64,000 nucleotides of DNA, from positions 512,001 through 576,000 of the forward strand of contig CAWDXE010000001.1 of assembly GCA_963806185.1 (NCBI GenBank), in the 5' to 3' direction. Shown here in pieces: positions 42,030 to 51,664 of the stretch. Origin of the DNA: an uncultured candidate division Zixibacteria bacterium. Lineage in GTDB: Bacteria; Zixibacteria; MSB-5A5; GN15; FEB-12. Made by a program: the position numbers and the translations under genes. Position 1 is the first letter of the stretch, and each line of letters starts with the position of its first letter. The notes beneath the pieces are model-generated. The model was not told the DNA's origin. It saw only the letters and a list, made by a program, of their open reading frames with translations, and did no database searches.

Positions 42030-44046
42030 CTACACCGTCACGGCTTGTTGTTGGGTCGGCCGAGCCGGGTTCCAGTGTTCTTTGGCAATCTCCTGGATGC
42101 GGTCGCCCTCGCCTCGCTTGACCCGCTTGATGCTGTCGTAGCGGCAGATCTGATAGCAGGCGCCGCATTGAATGCACTTGTCCTGTATGATCACGTGGAG
42201 CTTCTTGGGTTCGCCCACGATCGCTTCGGTGGGACACGCCTTCTTGCAGGCATGACAGCCGTTGCAGGTTTCATTGATCGCATGCGAGACCAGTTCTTTG
42301 CAGACGCCGGCCGGGCAGCGTTTGTCAACCACGTGGGCCATGTACTCATGGCGGAAGTATCGCAGGGTCGACAGGACCGGATTGGGCGCCGAACCGCCCA
42401 ATTGGCAGAGGCTGGTGTCGATGATGACCTGCGAGAGTTGCTCGAGATACTCGATATCCTCCGGGACGCCATGGCCGTCACAGATCTTCTTCAATATGTT
42501 GTGCATGACCACCAGACCCTCGCGGCAGGGTACACACTTCCCGCAGCTTTCCTCGGTGAGAAAGCCGAGGAAGTACTTGGCGACATCGACCATGCACGAG
42601 TCGGAATCCATCACGATCATGCCGCCCGATCCCATCATCGAACCGGCTTTGGTCAATTCGTCAAAATCGATAGGCAGGTCGAGCAGGCAGGGGGCCTCCT
42701 CGTCTTCCTTGATGTCGCCGTGGGCGACCATGCTCTCACGAATGGCCTGCTCGCTGGTTTCCACGATGAGCGTGCCACCCGACGGACCGCCGGTCTGTAC
42801 CGCGCGGAACCGTTTCCGACCGGGAACACCGCCGCCGATATCGTAAAGAATCTCGCGCAGGGTGATCCCCATCGGGACTTCGACCAGTCCCGTGTTATTG
42901 ATCTTGCCGGTGAGGGCAAACACCTTTGTTCCCTTGGAACCGGCAGTGCCGATCTTGGAGAACCATTCCCAGCCCTGGTTAATGATAATAGGAACGTTCG
43001 CCCAGGTTTCGACATTGTTAAGGCAGGTCGGCTTGTCATAGAGTCCGGCTTCAACCGTATGGATATACTTCGCCCGCGGTTCGCCCATCTTTCCTTCGAG
43101 CGAGGCCATGAGCGCGGTTGATTCACCACAGACGAAGGCGCCGCCACCCCGTGAGATTTCGATGTCGAAATCAAAACCGGTGCCGAGAATGTTTTTGCCG
43201 AGCAAACCAATCTCGCGCGCCCGATCCAGGGCGACGATGAGATTCGTCACGGCGAGCGGATACTCGTTACGAACATACACAAAGCCATCGTTGGAGCCGA
43301 TGGCAAACGCGCCGATGATCATCCCCTCGATGACCGAATGCGGATTCCCCTCGAGCAGGGAACGGTTCATGAAGGCGCCCGGGTCTCCCTCGTCCGCGTT
43401 GCAGACGATGTACTTCGGTGAACCCTGCGCGCGACGGCAGTGGTCCCACTTGCGACCGGTCGGAAAGCCGCCGCCGCCTCGCCCGCGAAGTCCGGACTTC
43501 TTGATTTCGTCAATGATGCGATCGGAGTTCATTGTGGTGAGTGCTTTCACCACCGCCGTGTACCCGTCGTGTAAGATGTAGTCGTTAATGGAGGCAGGGT
43601 CGATCAGGCCATTATTACCGAAGAGAAGGCGCATCTGTTTCTTGTAGAACGGGATATCCCTTTGGTGAACGATTGTCTCGCCGCTTTGCGGGTCGCGATA
43701 AAGCAGGCGGTTGACCAGGCGACCGCCCTTGACGGTCTGTTCCATGATCAACTTGACGTCACCAACCTTGACCTTCTGGTAGAAGATCTCCTGTGGCTGA
43801 ATCAGGACGAGCGGGCCGCGTTCACAGAAACCATGACAGCCGGTAGTTTCGAGTCCGACGGTGTCTCCCGAATCGGTCTTCGGCGATGGCCTTGCGAAAG
43901 GCTTCGGCCACCGGGGCACAACCGCAGGCAAGACAGCCGGTGCCGGTGCACAGGGTGATGACCATCTTATTGGGGTCGTATTCTTGCTTAAGTCTGGCCC
44001 GCAGGGAGGCAAGCTCTTTCGGGGATTGAAGTTTGTTGACCTTCAT
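42030..44046 (-). CDS. nuoF: NuoF/HydB-type FMN/NAD(H)-binding subunit, long form (frameshift near 43868)
   Basis: N-terminal [62 protein letters not shown]-terminal 2x[4Fe-4S]. Confidence 0.92.
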
Positions 44047-44562
44047 ACATTCTCCTCGCGGTCGGGCTCGGACTTCTTCCCTTTCAAATCGGCCAGCATC
44101 TTGTCGACTTTCGACACGGTCATATTGCCGTAATAGACTTCGTTGGCGGTCACCAGCGGTCCCAGCGCACAGGCGCCGAGACAGTTGACGCTCTCCAGAG
44201 AATACTGCATATCGGCCGTGGTCTCGCCGGACTTGATTTTGAGTTCACGCTCGAGCTTGTCGACAATGACGATCGACTGGCGCACATGGCAGGCCGTGCC
44301 GGTGCAGACGCAGATGTGATTTTTCCCCTTGGGGGTCAGGCTGAAAGTCTTGTAGAAGGTCGCCACGCCGTAGATCTGAGCGACCGGGAGCTTCATGCGT
44401 TTAGAGACCGCGAGCAAAGCGGCTTCCGGCAGATAACGATAGTGTTTTTGTATATCCTGCAGGATCATGATCAGCGCCGACGGCTTGGCGCCGTATTCGT
44501 TGACGATCCGCGTAATTACTTCATTGACGTCGTAAGTCAGGTGGCGCTGTAGTGGTACTCAT
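44043..44562 (-). CDS. nuoE: NuoE/HydC-type [2Fe-2S] subunit (frameshift near 44540)
   Basis: VATFY, VCTGTACHV, VNCLGACALGP; SD GGAGG and ATGA overlap with hdrA N-half stop. Confidence 0.92.
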
Positions 44563-45543
44563 ACGTCAACCTCCTCCATATCCGGTGGAACATTTTCGGG
44601 CATCGGCTGAGCGCCCGTGAGCACGGTCAGATCGTGTCGCGGCCCGAGGATGTACTTGTCGCGCACGTCGAGCAGTCGACCTTCGCGATACACGCGACCG
44701 CCCAGGAGCATGCGACGGTCGCGCGGGAACGGACGGCTCGGGCAGGCCTCGTAGCAGGAGCCGCAGCTGTTGCAGAGCGTGGTATCGACATACCGGGCCT
44801 TACTGCGCACCTGCGACTTTGAAATTGCCGATATACCCGCTCACACTCTCAATCTCCGCCCAGGTCATCAGCTTGATATTCGGATGCTTGCCGACCGATA
44901 CCATCTTCGGGGTCAGAATGCAGGCGGCGCAATCGAGAGTCGGGAAGGTTTTGTCGAACTTCGACATGTGGCCGCCGATGGTCGAATCGCGCTCGACCAG
45001 AATAACCTTATAGCCGGCGTCGGCGATCTGCAGGGCCGCCTCGATTCCGGCGATACCTCCGCCGACAATCATCACCTGCTTGGTGATCGGAACGCGGCGC
45101 ATTTCCAGCGGTTCGTGGAACCGGACCCGCGCTACGGCGGCCCTCACCAGCGCCTGTGCCTTGCGGGTCGCACCGACGGCATCGGTGGTGACCCAGCTCA
45201 CCTGCTCGCGGATATTGGCCATCTCAAAGAAGTACCGATTGACGCCGCCGGTCTCGACCGCCTTGCGGAAGGTGCTCTCGTGCATCAGCGGACTGCATGC
45301 GGCGACGACGACCCGATTCAGATTGAATTCCTTGATATCCTTCTGAATCAATTCCTGCCCCGGGTCGGAACACATGAAGCGGTAGTGTCGGGCAATGACG
45401 ACGTTGGGCTGCGCCGCAGCCGTCTCCACCACTTTGGCTACGTCAACCATCTTTGCGATGTTCGAGCCGCAGTGACAGACATATACGCCGATCCGGATAT
45501 CGTCGGCGTTCTTCGGCCGAGATCCATTACCATCGTTTGTCAT
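44559..45543 (-). CDS. hdrA: N-terminal half of heterodisulfide reductase subunit A (frameshift near 44814)
   Basis: RIGVYVCHCGSNI, MCSDPGQ, AACSP, ANIREQVSWV, GGGIAG, DKTFPTLDCAACIL, RYVD..LCNSCGSCYEACP then unrelated tail and stop. Confidence 0.9.
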
Positions 45544-46422
45544 ACGTTCACCTCCACGGCCCTGGCAGTCAGCTTCTCCGCGGGGATCATCAATTTGTCC
45601 ATGCCCATCTTTCCGGGGATCAATGCCCAGGGCCACGCCCAGCAGGTGGCTGAAATACACCACCGGAATATTGAAAGTCTTACCGGAGCGGGCGTTGATC
45701 TTGTTCTGATAGGCCTCAAGATTCATCTGGCAAAGCGGGCAGGCCGTGGCGATGATATCAGCGTTGTTGTCGGAGGCAACCTCAAGCAGCCGCAGATTGA
45801 GATCAAGCGCGATTTCTTCCTGAGTGGTCATCAGCATACCGCCGCAACAGCGCACCTTGGCCGGGAAATAGGTGACCGTTGCACCGAGCGCCGTAAACAG
45901 CTTGTCCATCGTCACCGGATCGTCAACGTCATCAAAGTGCCCGTGGGGTCGGACAATTTGACAGCCGTAGTAGGGAGCCACTCTGAGTCCGGTGAGTGGA
46001 TTCTTCACCTTGGCCTTTATGGCGTCGAGACCAATGTCATTAGTGAGAATATCGAGCGGATGCTTGACCTCGACGGTAGTCGTATAGGAGAGGTCAGCCG
46101 CGGCGAGCGCTTCGTTGACCATTGCTCGCTCCTTGGGATCCCAGTCAACGCTTCGATTGGCCTTGCGCAGAATCGTGTAGCATGAACTACAGGGGGCGCA
46201 GATCTCCATTCCCATCTTCTGAGCTATCGCCAGATTGCGAGCCGAGATCGCAGTCGCCACGATCTTTTTCACCGACATGTACATCGTCGCTCCGCAGCAA
46301 TTCCAGTCTTCGATTTCGGTCAATCCGATTTCGAGCACGCGAAACACTTCGCGAATCGATTTGTCATAGGGCGAAGCCGAGTGTTCCAGGCTGCAGCCGG
46401 GGTAGTAGGCATACTGTTTCAT
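45540..46422 (-). CDS. hdrB: Heterodisulfide reductase subunit B (frameshift near 45616)
   Basis: YYPGCS, WNCCGA, PCSSC, YYGCQ, CCGG, ACPLCQMNLE; true end MGMDKLMIP...VEVNV-stop overlaps hdrA ATG. Confidence 0.93.
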
Positions 46423-47010
46423 GCTTCATCCCCCAATTTGTTGGCACGATCGATGATCGCGCGTACTTCGCTTATGCGTTTGATCTTCTTAGGCAGAAGC
46501 CCGAGCCGGCCGCGGCGAATCATTGACAGCCCGAACCCGGCGCTGGCGAACAGCTTCGTCCACTTCGATCTCAAAAGGTAGCGAATACCCAGTCCCAGTT
46601 CGAAGTTGCGGCCGTACGTATACACCTGATCAACAAACGCATTCGACAAGTACATGGACCGGAAATTGCTGCGGGTATACTTTCTTGTCCATCGCGACGC
46701 GTTTTAGTGCGTACATCGTGTCGGTGACCTTGATACCGACCGGACATCGCACCGTACACGAATAACACGAAGCACACAGCCAGATCGTCCGGCTCCGCAG
46801 AATATCCTCCAGTTGGCCGGCACGAAAGAGCGCGATCACTTGCCGGGGTGTGATATCCATCGCGTGTGAGACCGGACAGGTCCCCGTACAGGTGCCGCAC
46901 TGCAGGCACCGCTTTATCTTCTGACCGTCGGGAAACGTAGTGACCTGTTCCCAGAACGCTTCTCTAAGGTCGGCCTCGGTCTTGGGAAGAGGTTCCAAAG
47001 CACCCCGCAT
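46419..47010 (-). CDS. hdrC: Heterodisulfide reductase subunit C (frameshift near 46648)
   Basis: CLQCGTCTGTCP and WLCASCYSCTVRCP; SD GGAGG. Confidence 0.92.
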
Positions 47011-47345
47011 ATTACCTCCGCAGTCAAAATGGGACGTCAACTAATCGTAATTAGCCCCTCAATCGAGTGTGAGTACCAAGCAATTCCAACTCAAAATTGT
47101 CGTGTCTCGCAGAAGATAACTTTACCCACAATCATGGGGCAAGACAATTCGATCACAACACGCAAAAAGTGGGTCCAATTGTCGGCAATATCTACAAATA
47201 TCGTACTCTTTAGAGTGATTGCTTTGCGACCTATTCAGCCGAGCAGATATTTATGATCGGATTTATCCCGATTCCAACAGTGGTATCAGTCAAAAGCTGA
47301 CACGATCATGTCGGGCAATTTAAGTCGGATAACTGAATCGACCGG

Positions 47346-48506
47346 CTAATGAGAAATGGAGATCGAATGGCGTGTGTAGCCGCGCATCGGCAGAGGTATG
47401 TCGAGAGTCGCCCTCTCGTCTTCGGAGCGGAGGTTCATCTTGATTTCTTCGAGTCGGCCCGAGGTAACCTTGGTCAACCAGTCCGGATCGAGCAGCAGAG
47501 CACGTCCAAGCGCAACCAACTCGATGCCATCATCGAGGATGGCCAAGGCCTGGTCGGGGTGGAGCACGCCTCCCACACCAATGACCGGGATTTGCAGCGG
47601 CAAGGAAGCGCGGACAAAGTTAGTCGGATTTGTGTCGGCGGGGAGGTCATTGCGAACGCCAACACCGTACTGCCAGCTCGACACATGGACGATGTCGATT
47701 CCGTGCGGCAGCAATAGACCGAGCAATTGGACGGCATCGCGGGTGGAATAGCCGTCCGGAGCCGGCTCTTCCGGTGAGATTCGGTAAGCGACCGGATACT
47801 CTCGCCCCACTTCCGACCTCACGGCCTTCAGCACCTCAATGGCAAAGCGAGCACGATTTTCGAGGCGATGGCACAACTCGAGTCGGTCGTGCTCGGCATG
47901 ACGATCACAGGTCGCGCATTGGCAGTCTCCCCCCCAGCGGTCAGTTCGGTGGTTAGTGAATGGTGAGAAAAACTGTTGAAACAGGTAGGAATTGGCTCCG
48001 TGCAGTTCGATACCGGTGAAACCAGCCGCTTTTGCCCTGCCGGCGGCCCGCGCGAACGACTCAATTATCAGCCAGATCTCGTCTTCGGTCATAGCGATTG
48101 GCATTTCCGACGTGCCTCGCCTATTAATGACGGCCGAGGGGGCCATCGGGGGACGACCGGTTAACGATGAACGCGTCGCGTTCCCCCCGTGATGAATCTG
48201 CAGAAACGAGGCGGCACCGTGACGATTGATGGCGTCAGCGCACTGCGTCAAACGGGGAAGCATCGCATTGCAGTGGCAACCCACCTGGTTTTCGAACGCC
48301 TGCCCGGACTGGTGACAGTAGCAGGCGGGGGTTATGATGAGCCCGATGTCCGATTGCGCGCGCTTTTCCAGGTAGGCGATTTCATCCAGCGAGAAGCGAC
48401 CATCGGTCTCGCCCGACACCGTGGTCATAGGAGCCATGACCAGGCGGTTCTTGAGCGTCAGATGCGAGGCGACAGAAAGAGGAGCCAGGAGCCGGCCGTA
48501 GTTCAT
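47346..48506 (-). CDS. NADH:flavin oxidoreductase (Old Yellow Enzyme family)
   Basis: LKNRLVMAPMT, QIHHGG, GIELHGANSYL..QFFSP.TN.R.D.WGG, LENRARF, LGRALLLDPDW. Confidence 0.93.
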   Translation of the reverse strand: MNYGRLLAPLSVASHLTLKNRLVMAPMTTVSGETDGRFSLDEIAYLEKRAQSDIGLIITPACYCHQSGQAFENQVGCHCNAMLPRLTQCADAINRHGAASFLQIHHGGNATRSSLTGRPPMAPSAVINRRGTSEMPIAMTEDEIWLIIESFARAAGRAKAAGFTGIELHGANSYLFQQFFSPFTNHRTDRWGGDCQCATCDRHAEHDRLELCHRLENRARFAIEVLKAVRSEVGREYPVAYRISPEEPAPDGYSTRDAVQLLGLLLPHGIDIVHVSSWQYGVGVRNDLPADTNPTNFVRASLPLQIPVIGVGGVLHPDQALAILDDGIELVALGRALLLDPDWLTKVTSGRLEEIKMNLRSEDERATLDIPLPMRGYTRHSISISH

Positions 48507-48563
48507 GAATGAAACCTACGTCACGGCACTCGGCGCGACAAGCTGGAAATCGGCAGAGTTCAA

Positions 48564-51461
48564 TCAGTCGAAAACAGTATCTGTTGGCTGAGACTGACGT
48601 TTCCTGAGGAGATTGTGGGCAGCGGTAGATATCTCGAACGGTGTAAACGGTTTGCGTACGCACTCGCTGATACCGGCAGAAGACAGCTCTTCAGCTTTCA
48701 ACTCGTGACGCAGTCCGGTCATCAGCAGTATTGGTATTTCGGGTCGAATCTTGTGCACAGCCGTGGCCAGATCCCGTCCACTCACCTGCGGCATATTCCA
48801 ATCCAGGATGACCAGGTCGAACAGATGCGGTGAGAGCCTGAACCCGTCAAGTGCGACTACGCTGTCGGAGAAGGAAAGTACTTCGTAACCCAGGCGAGTG
48901 AAGATCTTTCGGAGCATGGTCACAATGGCGACTTCGTCGTCGACCAGCAGGATTCGTTCGCCGTTGCCGGACGGGAGTCGTCGGCTCAGAGGTGAATTCT
49001 GGTTCGAAAGCACCTCGGCCCGCGGCAGGAAGATCGTGAAGGTCGTGCCTGCACCTGGACGGCTTTCAACCGAAATCTCACCGCCGTGAGCGGTGATGAT
49101 GCTCTGCACCACGGCCAGACCCAGCCCCGTTCCTTCTCCCTTCTCTTTGGTCGTGAAGAACGGTTCAAAGACATGCGCCAGCACCGACGGTTCCATGCCA
49201 CAGCCGGTGTCGCGCACCTGCAGGCGGAGGCAGGGTAAATCCTGGAGACGGGGATTGTCGGCCACCATAGCGGGTGTCGCCGGCATGAGCGTCAGCTCAA
49301 GCAGACCGCCCTTTTCGCGCAAGGCGTGGTAGGCGTTGGTGCAAAGATTCATGACGACCTGGTGGATCTGTACGGGATCAGCCTTAACGGCCATGGATGT
49401 CGCGGCTGACTCAAAGCGGATGTCTATGCTCGGTGGCAGAGATGCCCGCAGGAGATTGGTGGCTTCCTTGACAATACTGTGCAAGGATACAGCCTCACGC
49501 ACCTGTTCGGACCGCCGACTGAAGGTCAGGATCTGCTGGATGAGACCCTTGGCGCGATTGGCTGCCGACATGATATGTTCGAGTTCTTCGCGCCCTTCAG
49601 CATCCGACGGAAGCGACTCCAGGGCCATTTCGGCGTACCCGCAAAGCGGCGTGAGGATATTATTGAAATCGTGAGCGATGCCGCCGGCCAGAATACCGAT
49701 GACTTCCATCTTTTGCGATTGGCGAAGTTGAGCCTCGAGTTCCCCTCGACGACGTTCGGCCTCTTTTCGTTCGGACATTTCGCGGTGAGCTTCTTCGTAC
49801 AGCCGGAGGTTCTCTTCCGATTTTCGCTCAGCCTCGCGGCGAGCGGCATCCAGATCCTGGTAGCTGTGAATGTTCGACAGAGCAACAGCGGCGGCATCGG
49901 CCAGCGCCTGCAGGAGAGCAATCTCGTCAGGCGTGGCAGAATGGGGAGTATTCCAGAAGGCACCGACAGCACCGACAGGATCTTCCTGCCGGATGGGCAC
50001 CATGATTTGGCTGCATATTCCGGAGTTCTTGTACAATTCCTTCGAAATTCTGGAATCGACGGAAATATCGTCGATGGCCACGGCCTGGCGATTCGTAATG
50101 GTCCAGCCACTCACACCCATAGTCAGCGGAATGACCATATCCCTGAAGAACGGTACGGCGGCCTGTTCGGCGACACAGCGCACTTTGTCATCCTCGCGCA
50201 GAGCAAACACGGTCGAATCGGCGCTGACCAGCAGCTGCGCGGCGGTCGACACGAGATGGGCCAGGCTGTTCATATCATGCGTGAAGGACAACTGCTGAAT
50301 GACGACCACCAGTCGCTGCAGGTTCGTGTTGTGTCGCTCCAGGAACCGGGCCAGTTCCTTCTGCTCCGTGATATCCCGGACCATGCCGAACATCCGCACC
50401 GGAATACCATCACTATCGCGAACCACTTCCAGGTGCGACTCAATTGACCGAACGTGCCCGTCAGGACGGCGGATCCGGTACTCGAACTTGACACTCCCAC
50501 CGCGCGACGATTGCCGGCGCGTCAAGAGGTCCCTGAACTCCCGTACCACTCGGGAGCGATCATCGACGTGAAACATATCCTGCAGCATGTCGTACCTGGG
50601 CGTGAAATGCAGCGGATCGGTGCCATGGATGCGATGAGTTTCATCAGACCAGATCAACCGATCGGTGACGAGATCCCACTCGAAGGCACCCGTATTACCG
50701 ATGCGCTGCGCTTCGCTCAACATTCGCTCGCGGTCCTGGAGACGCTCTTCCATGACTCTGCGTTCGGTGATATCGACCATCGAGACGACGGCACGCTCCC
50801 AGGATTCAGCGACGTCGGACGCAATGGAAACACGCAGCAACACGAAGCGCAATTCCCCCTGGAGAGTGCGCAGTCGGGCTTCCACCTCGACACTTGGGGC
50901 TCCCTTGTATAACTGCACCAATGCTTCCCGAATGGGGCCATCCGCGGCACCGATCAAACACTGGGGAGCGAAACGCATCGCTTCTTCCGCGGACTGAGCG
51001 CCGACGATTTGAACGGCAGCCTGATTGGCCTCCAGAATATGACTCAGTGACATGATCTTGGCCAGCAGCTGCGGATTGGACTGCAGAGTCATGTTGGGAT
51101 CGGCGACCGATCCCCGGAGGATGAGATCAAGGTGGCGGCGCACTTGCGAAAGGTCCGTTTCCCAAATGGCCATGGGTGCATTGCGAAAGAGGTCGGAGTG
51201 ACGCTGCTCCCGGCGAAGCAATTCCTGGGTGGCGATAGCGGATCGGCGGAAGTGAAATCGCACCAGCAGGAAGATGAGCAAGGCGGAGCACAGAACGAAG
51301 AACCAGCCTTTGAGGGTCTGAAGTTCGGTGAGGGTAGTCCGATCGACAGAAATGGCGTCGACAATGTTATCGGAAAAGAGAATCCAGAGCAAGCTTGCGA
51401 TCGCATAGATAACTGCTACTCGGAAAGGAACAGATTCGGATATTGATGGACGATCGATCAT
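48564..51461 (-). CDS. Hybrid sensor histidine kinase (2 TM, PAS x2, GAF, HisKA, HATPase, REC)
   Basis: LAGGIAHDFNNIL, NLCTNA, DTGCGM, FEPFFTTK, GTGLGL, ILLVDDE..D..MP..KP. Confidence 0.94.
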   Translation of the reverse strand: MIDRPSISESVPFRVAVIYAIASLLWILFSDNIVDAISVDRTTLTELQTLKGWFFVLCSALLIFLLVRFHFRRSAIATQELLRREQRHSDLFRNAPMAIWETDLSQVRRHLDLILRGSVADPNMTLQSNPQLLAKIMSLSHILEANQAAVQIVGAQSAEEAMRFAPQCLIGAADGPIREALVQLYKGAPSVEVEARLRTLQGELRFVLLRVSIASDVAESWERAVVSMVDITERRVMEERLQDRERMLSEAQRIGNTGAFEWDLVTDRLIWSDETHRIHGTDPLHFTPRYDMLQDMFHVDDRSRVVREFRDLLTRRQSSRGGSVKFEYRIRRPDGHVRSIESHLEVVRDSDGIPVRMFGMVRDITEQKELARFLERHNTNLQRLVVVIQQLSFTHDMNSLAHLVSTAAQLLVSADSTVFALREDDKVRCVAEQAAVPFFRDMVIPLTMGVSGWTITNRQAVAIDDISVDSRISKELYKNSGICSQIMVPIRQEDPVGAVGAFWNTPHSATPDEIALLQALADAAAVALSNIHSYQDLDAARREAERKSEENLRLYEEAHREMSERKEAERRRGELEAQLRQSQKMEVIGILAGGIAHDFNNILTPLCGYAEMALESLPSDAEGREELEHIMSAANRAKGLIQQILTFSRRSEQVREAVSLHSIVKEATNLLRASLPPSIDIRFESAATSMAVKADPVQIHQVVMNLCTNAYHALREKGGLLELTLMPATPAMVADNPRLQDLPCLRLQVRDTGCGMEPSVLAHVFEPFFTTKEKGEGTGLGLAVVQSIITAHGGEISVESRPGAGTTFTIFLPRAEVLSNQNSPLSRRLPSGNGERILLVDDEVAIVTMLRKIFTRLGYEVLSFSDSVVALDGFRLSPHLFDLVILDWNMPQVSGRDLATAVHKIRPEIPILLMTGLRHELKAEELSSAGISECVRKPFTPFEISTAAHNLLRKRQSQPTDTVFD

Positions 51462-51664
51462 GAATCCCCTCAGGTGAATTCCCGCGCTTAGCCTGGCGCT
51501 GAAATTCCAAGAACACGTCCGGGAACATATAAACAGATTCTCCCGGCCTCGCTGAGAAAACGGCGAGACACTATAATTGTCGGCAGGTTTGCTTGGGGCT
51601 TGAGAGATGAAATGGAGAGGAAAGGTCGATCAATTACCGGAAGACCTTTTCGGACAAACGATTA

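Noticed and set aside
37350..45543. Selenocysteine in MvhA, MvhD or HdrA given nearby selD
   Set aside because: Positions that are Sec in some homologues are Cys here (DPCFGC, GCHPGDCH, DCAACIL); no in-frame TGA seen
44800..46422. Apparent HdrB-HdrA fusion ORF (540 aa)
   Set aside because: Removing one base in the run at 45615-45618 gives HdrB a normal end whose TGA overlaps the hdrA ATG behind a GGAGG SD; likely a sequencing artefact
47041..47345. Rex/FNR operator upstream of hdrC; recurring TGTCGG words
   Set aside because: Only half-sites and one imperfect palindrome (CTGACA-N6-TGTCGG); not enough to call
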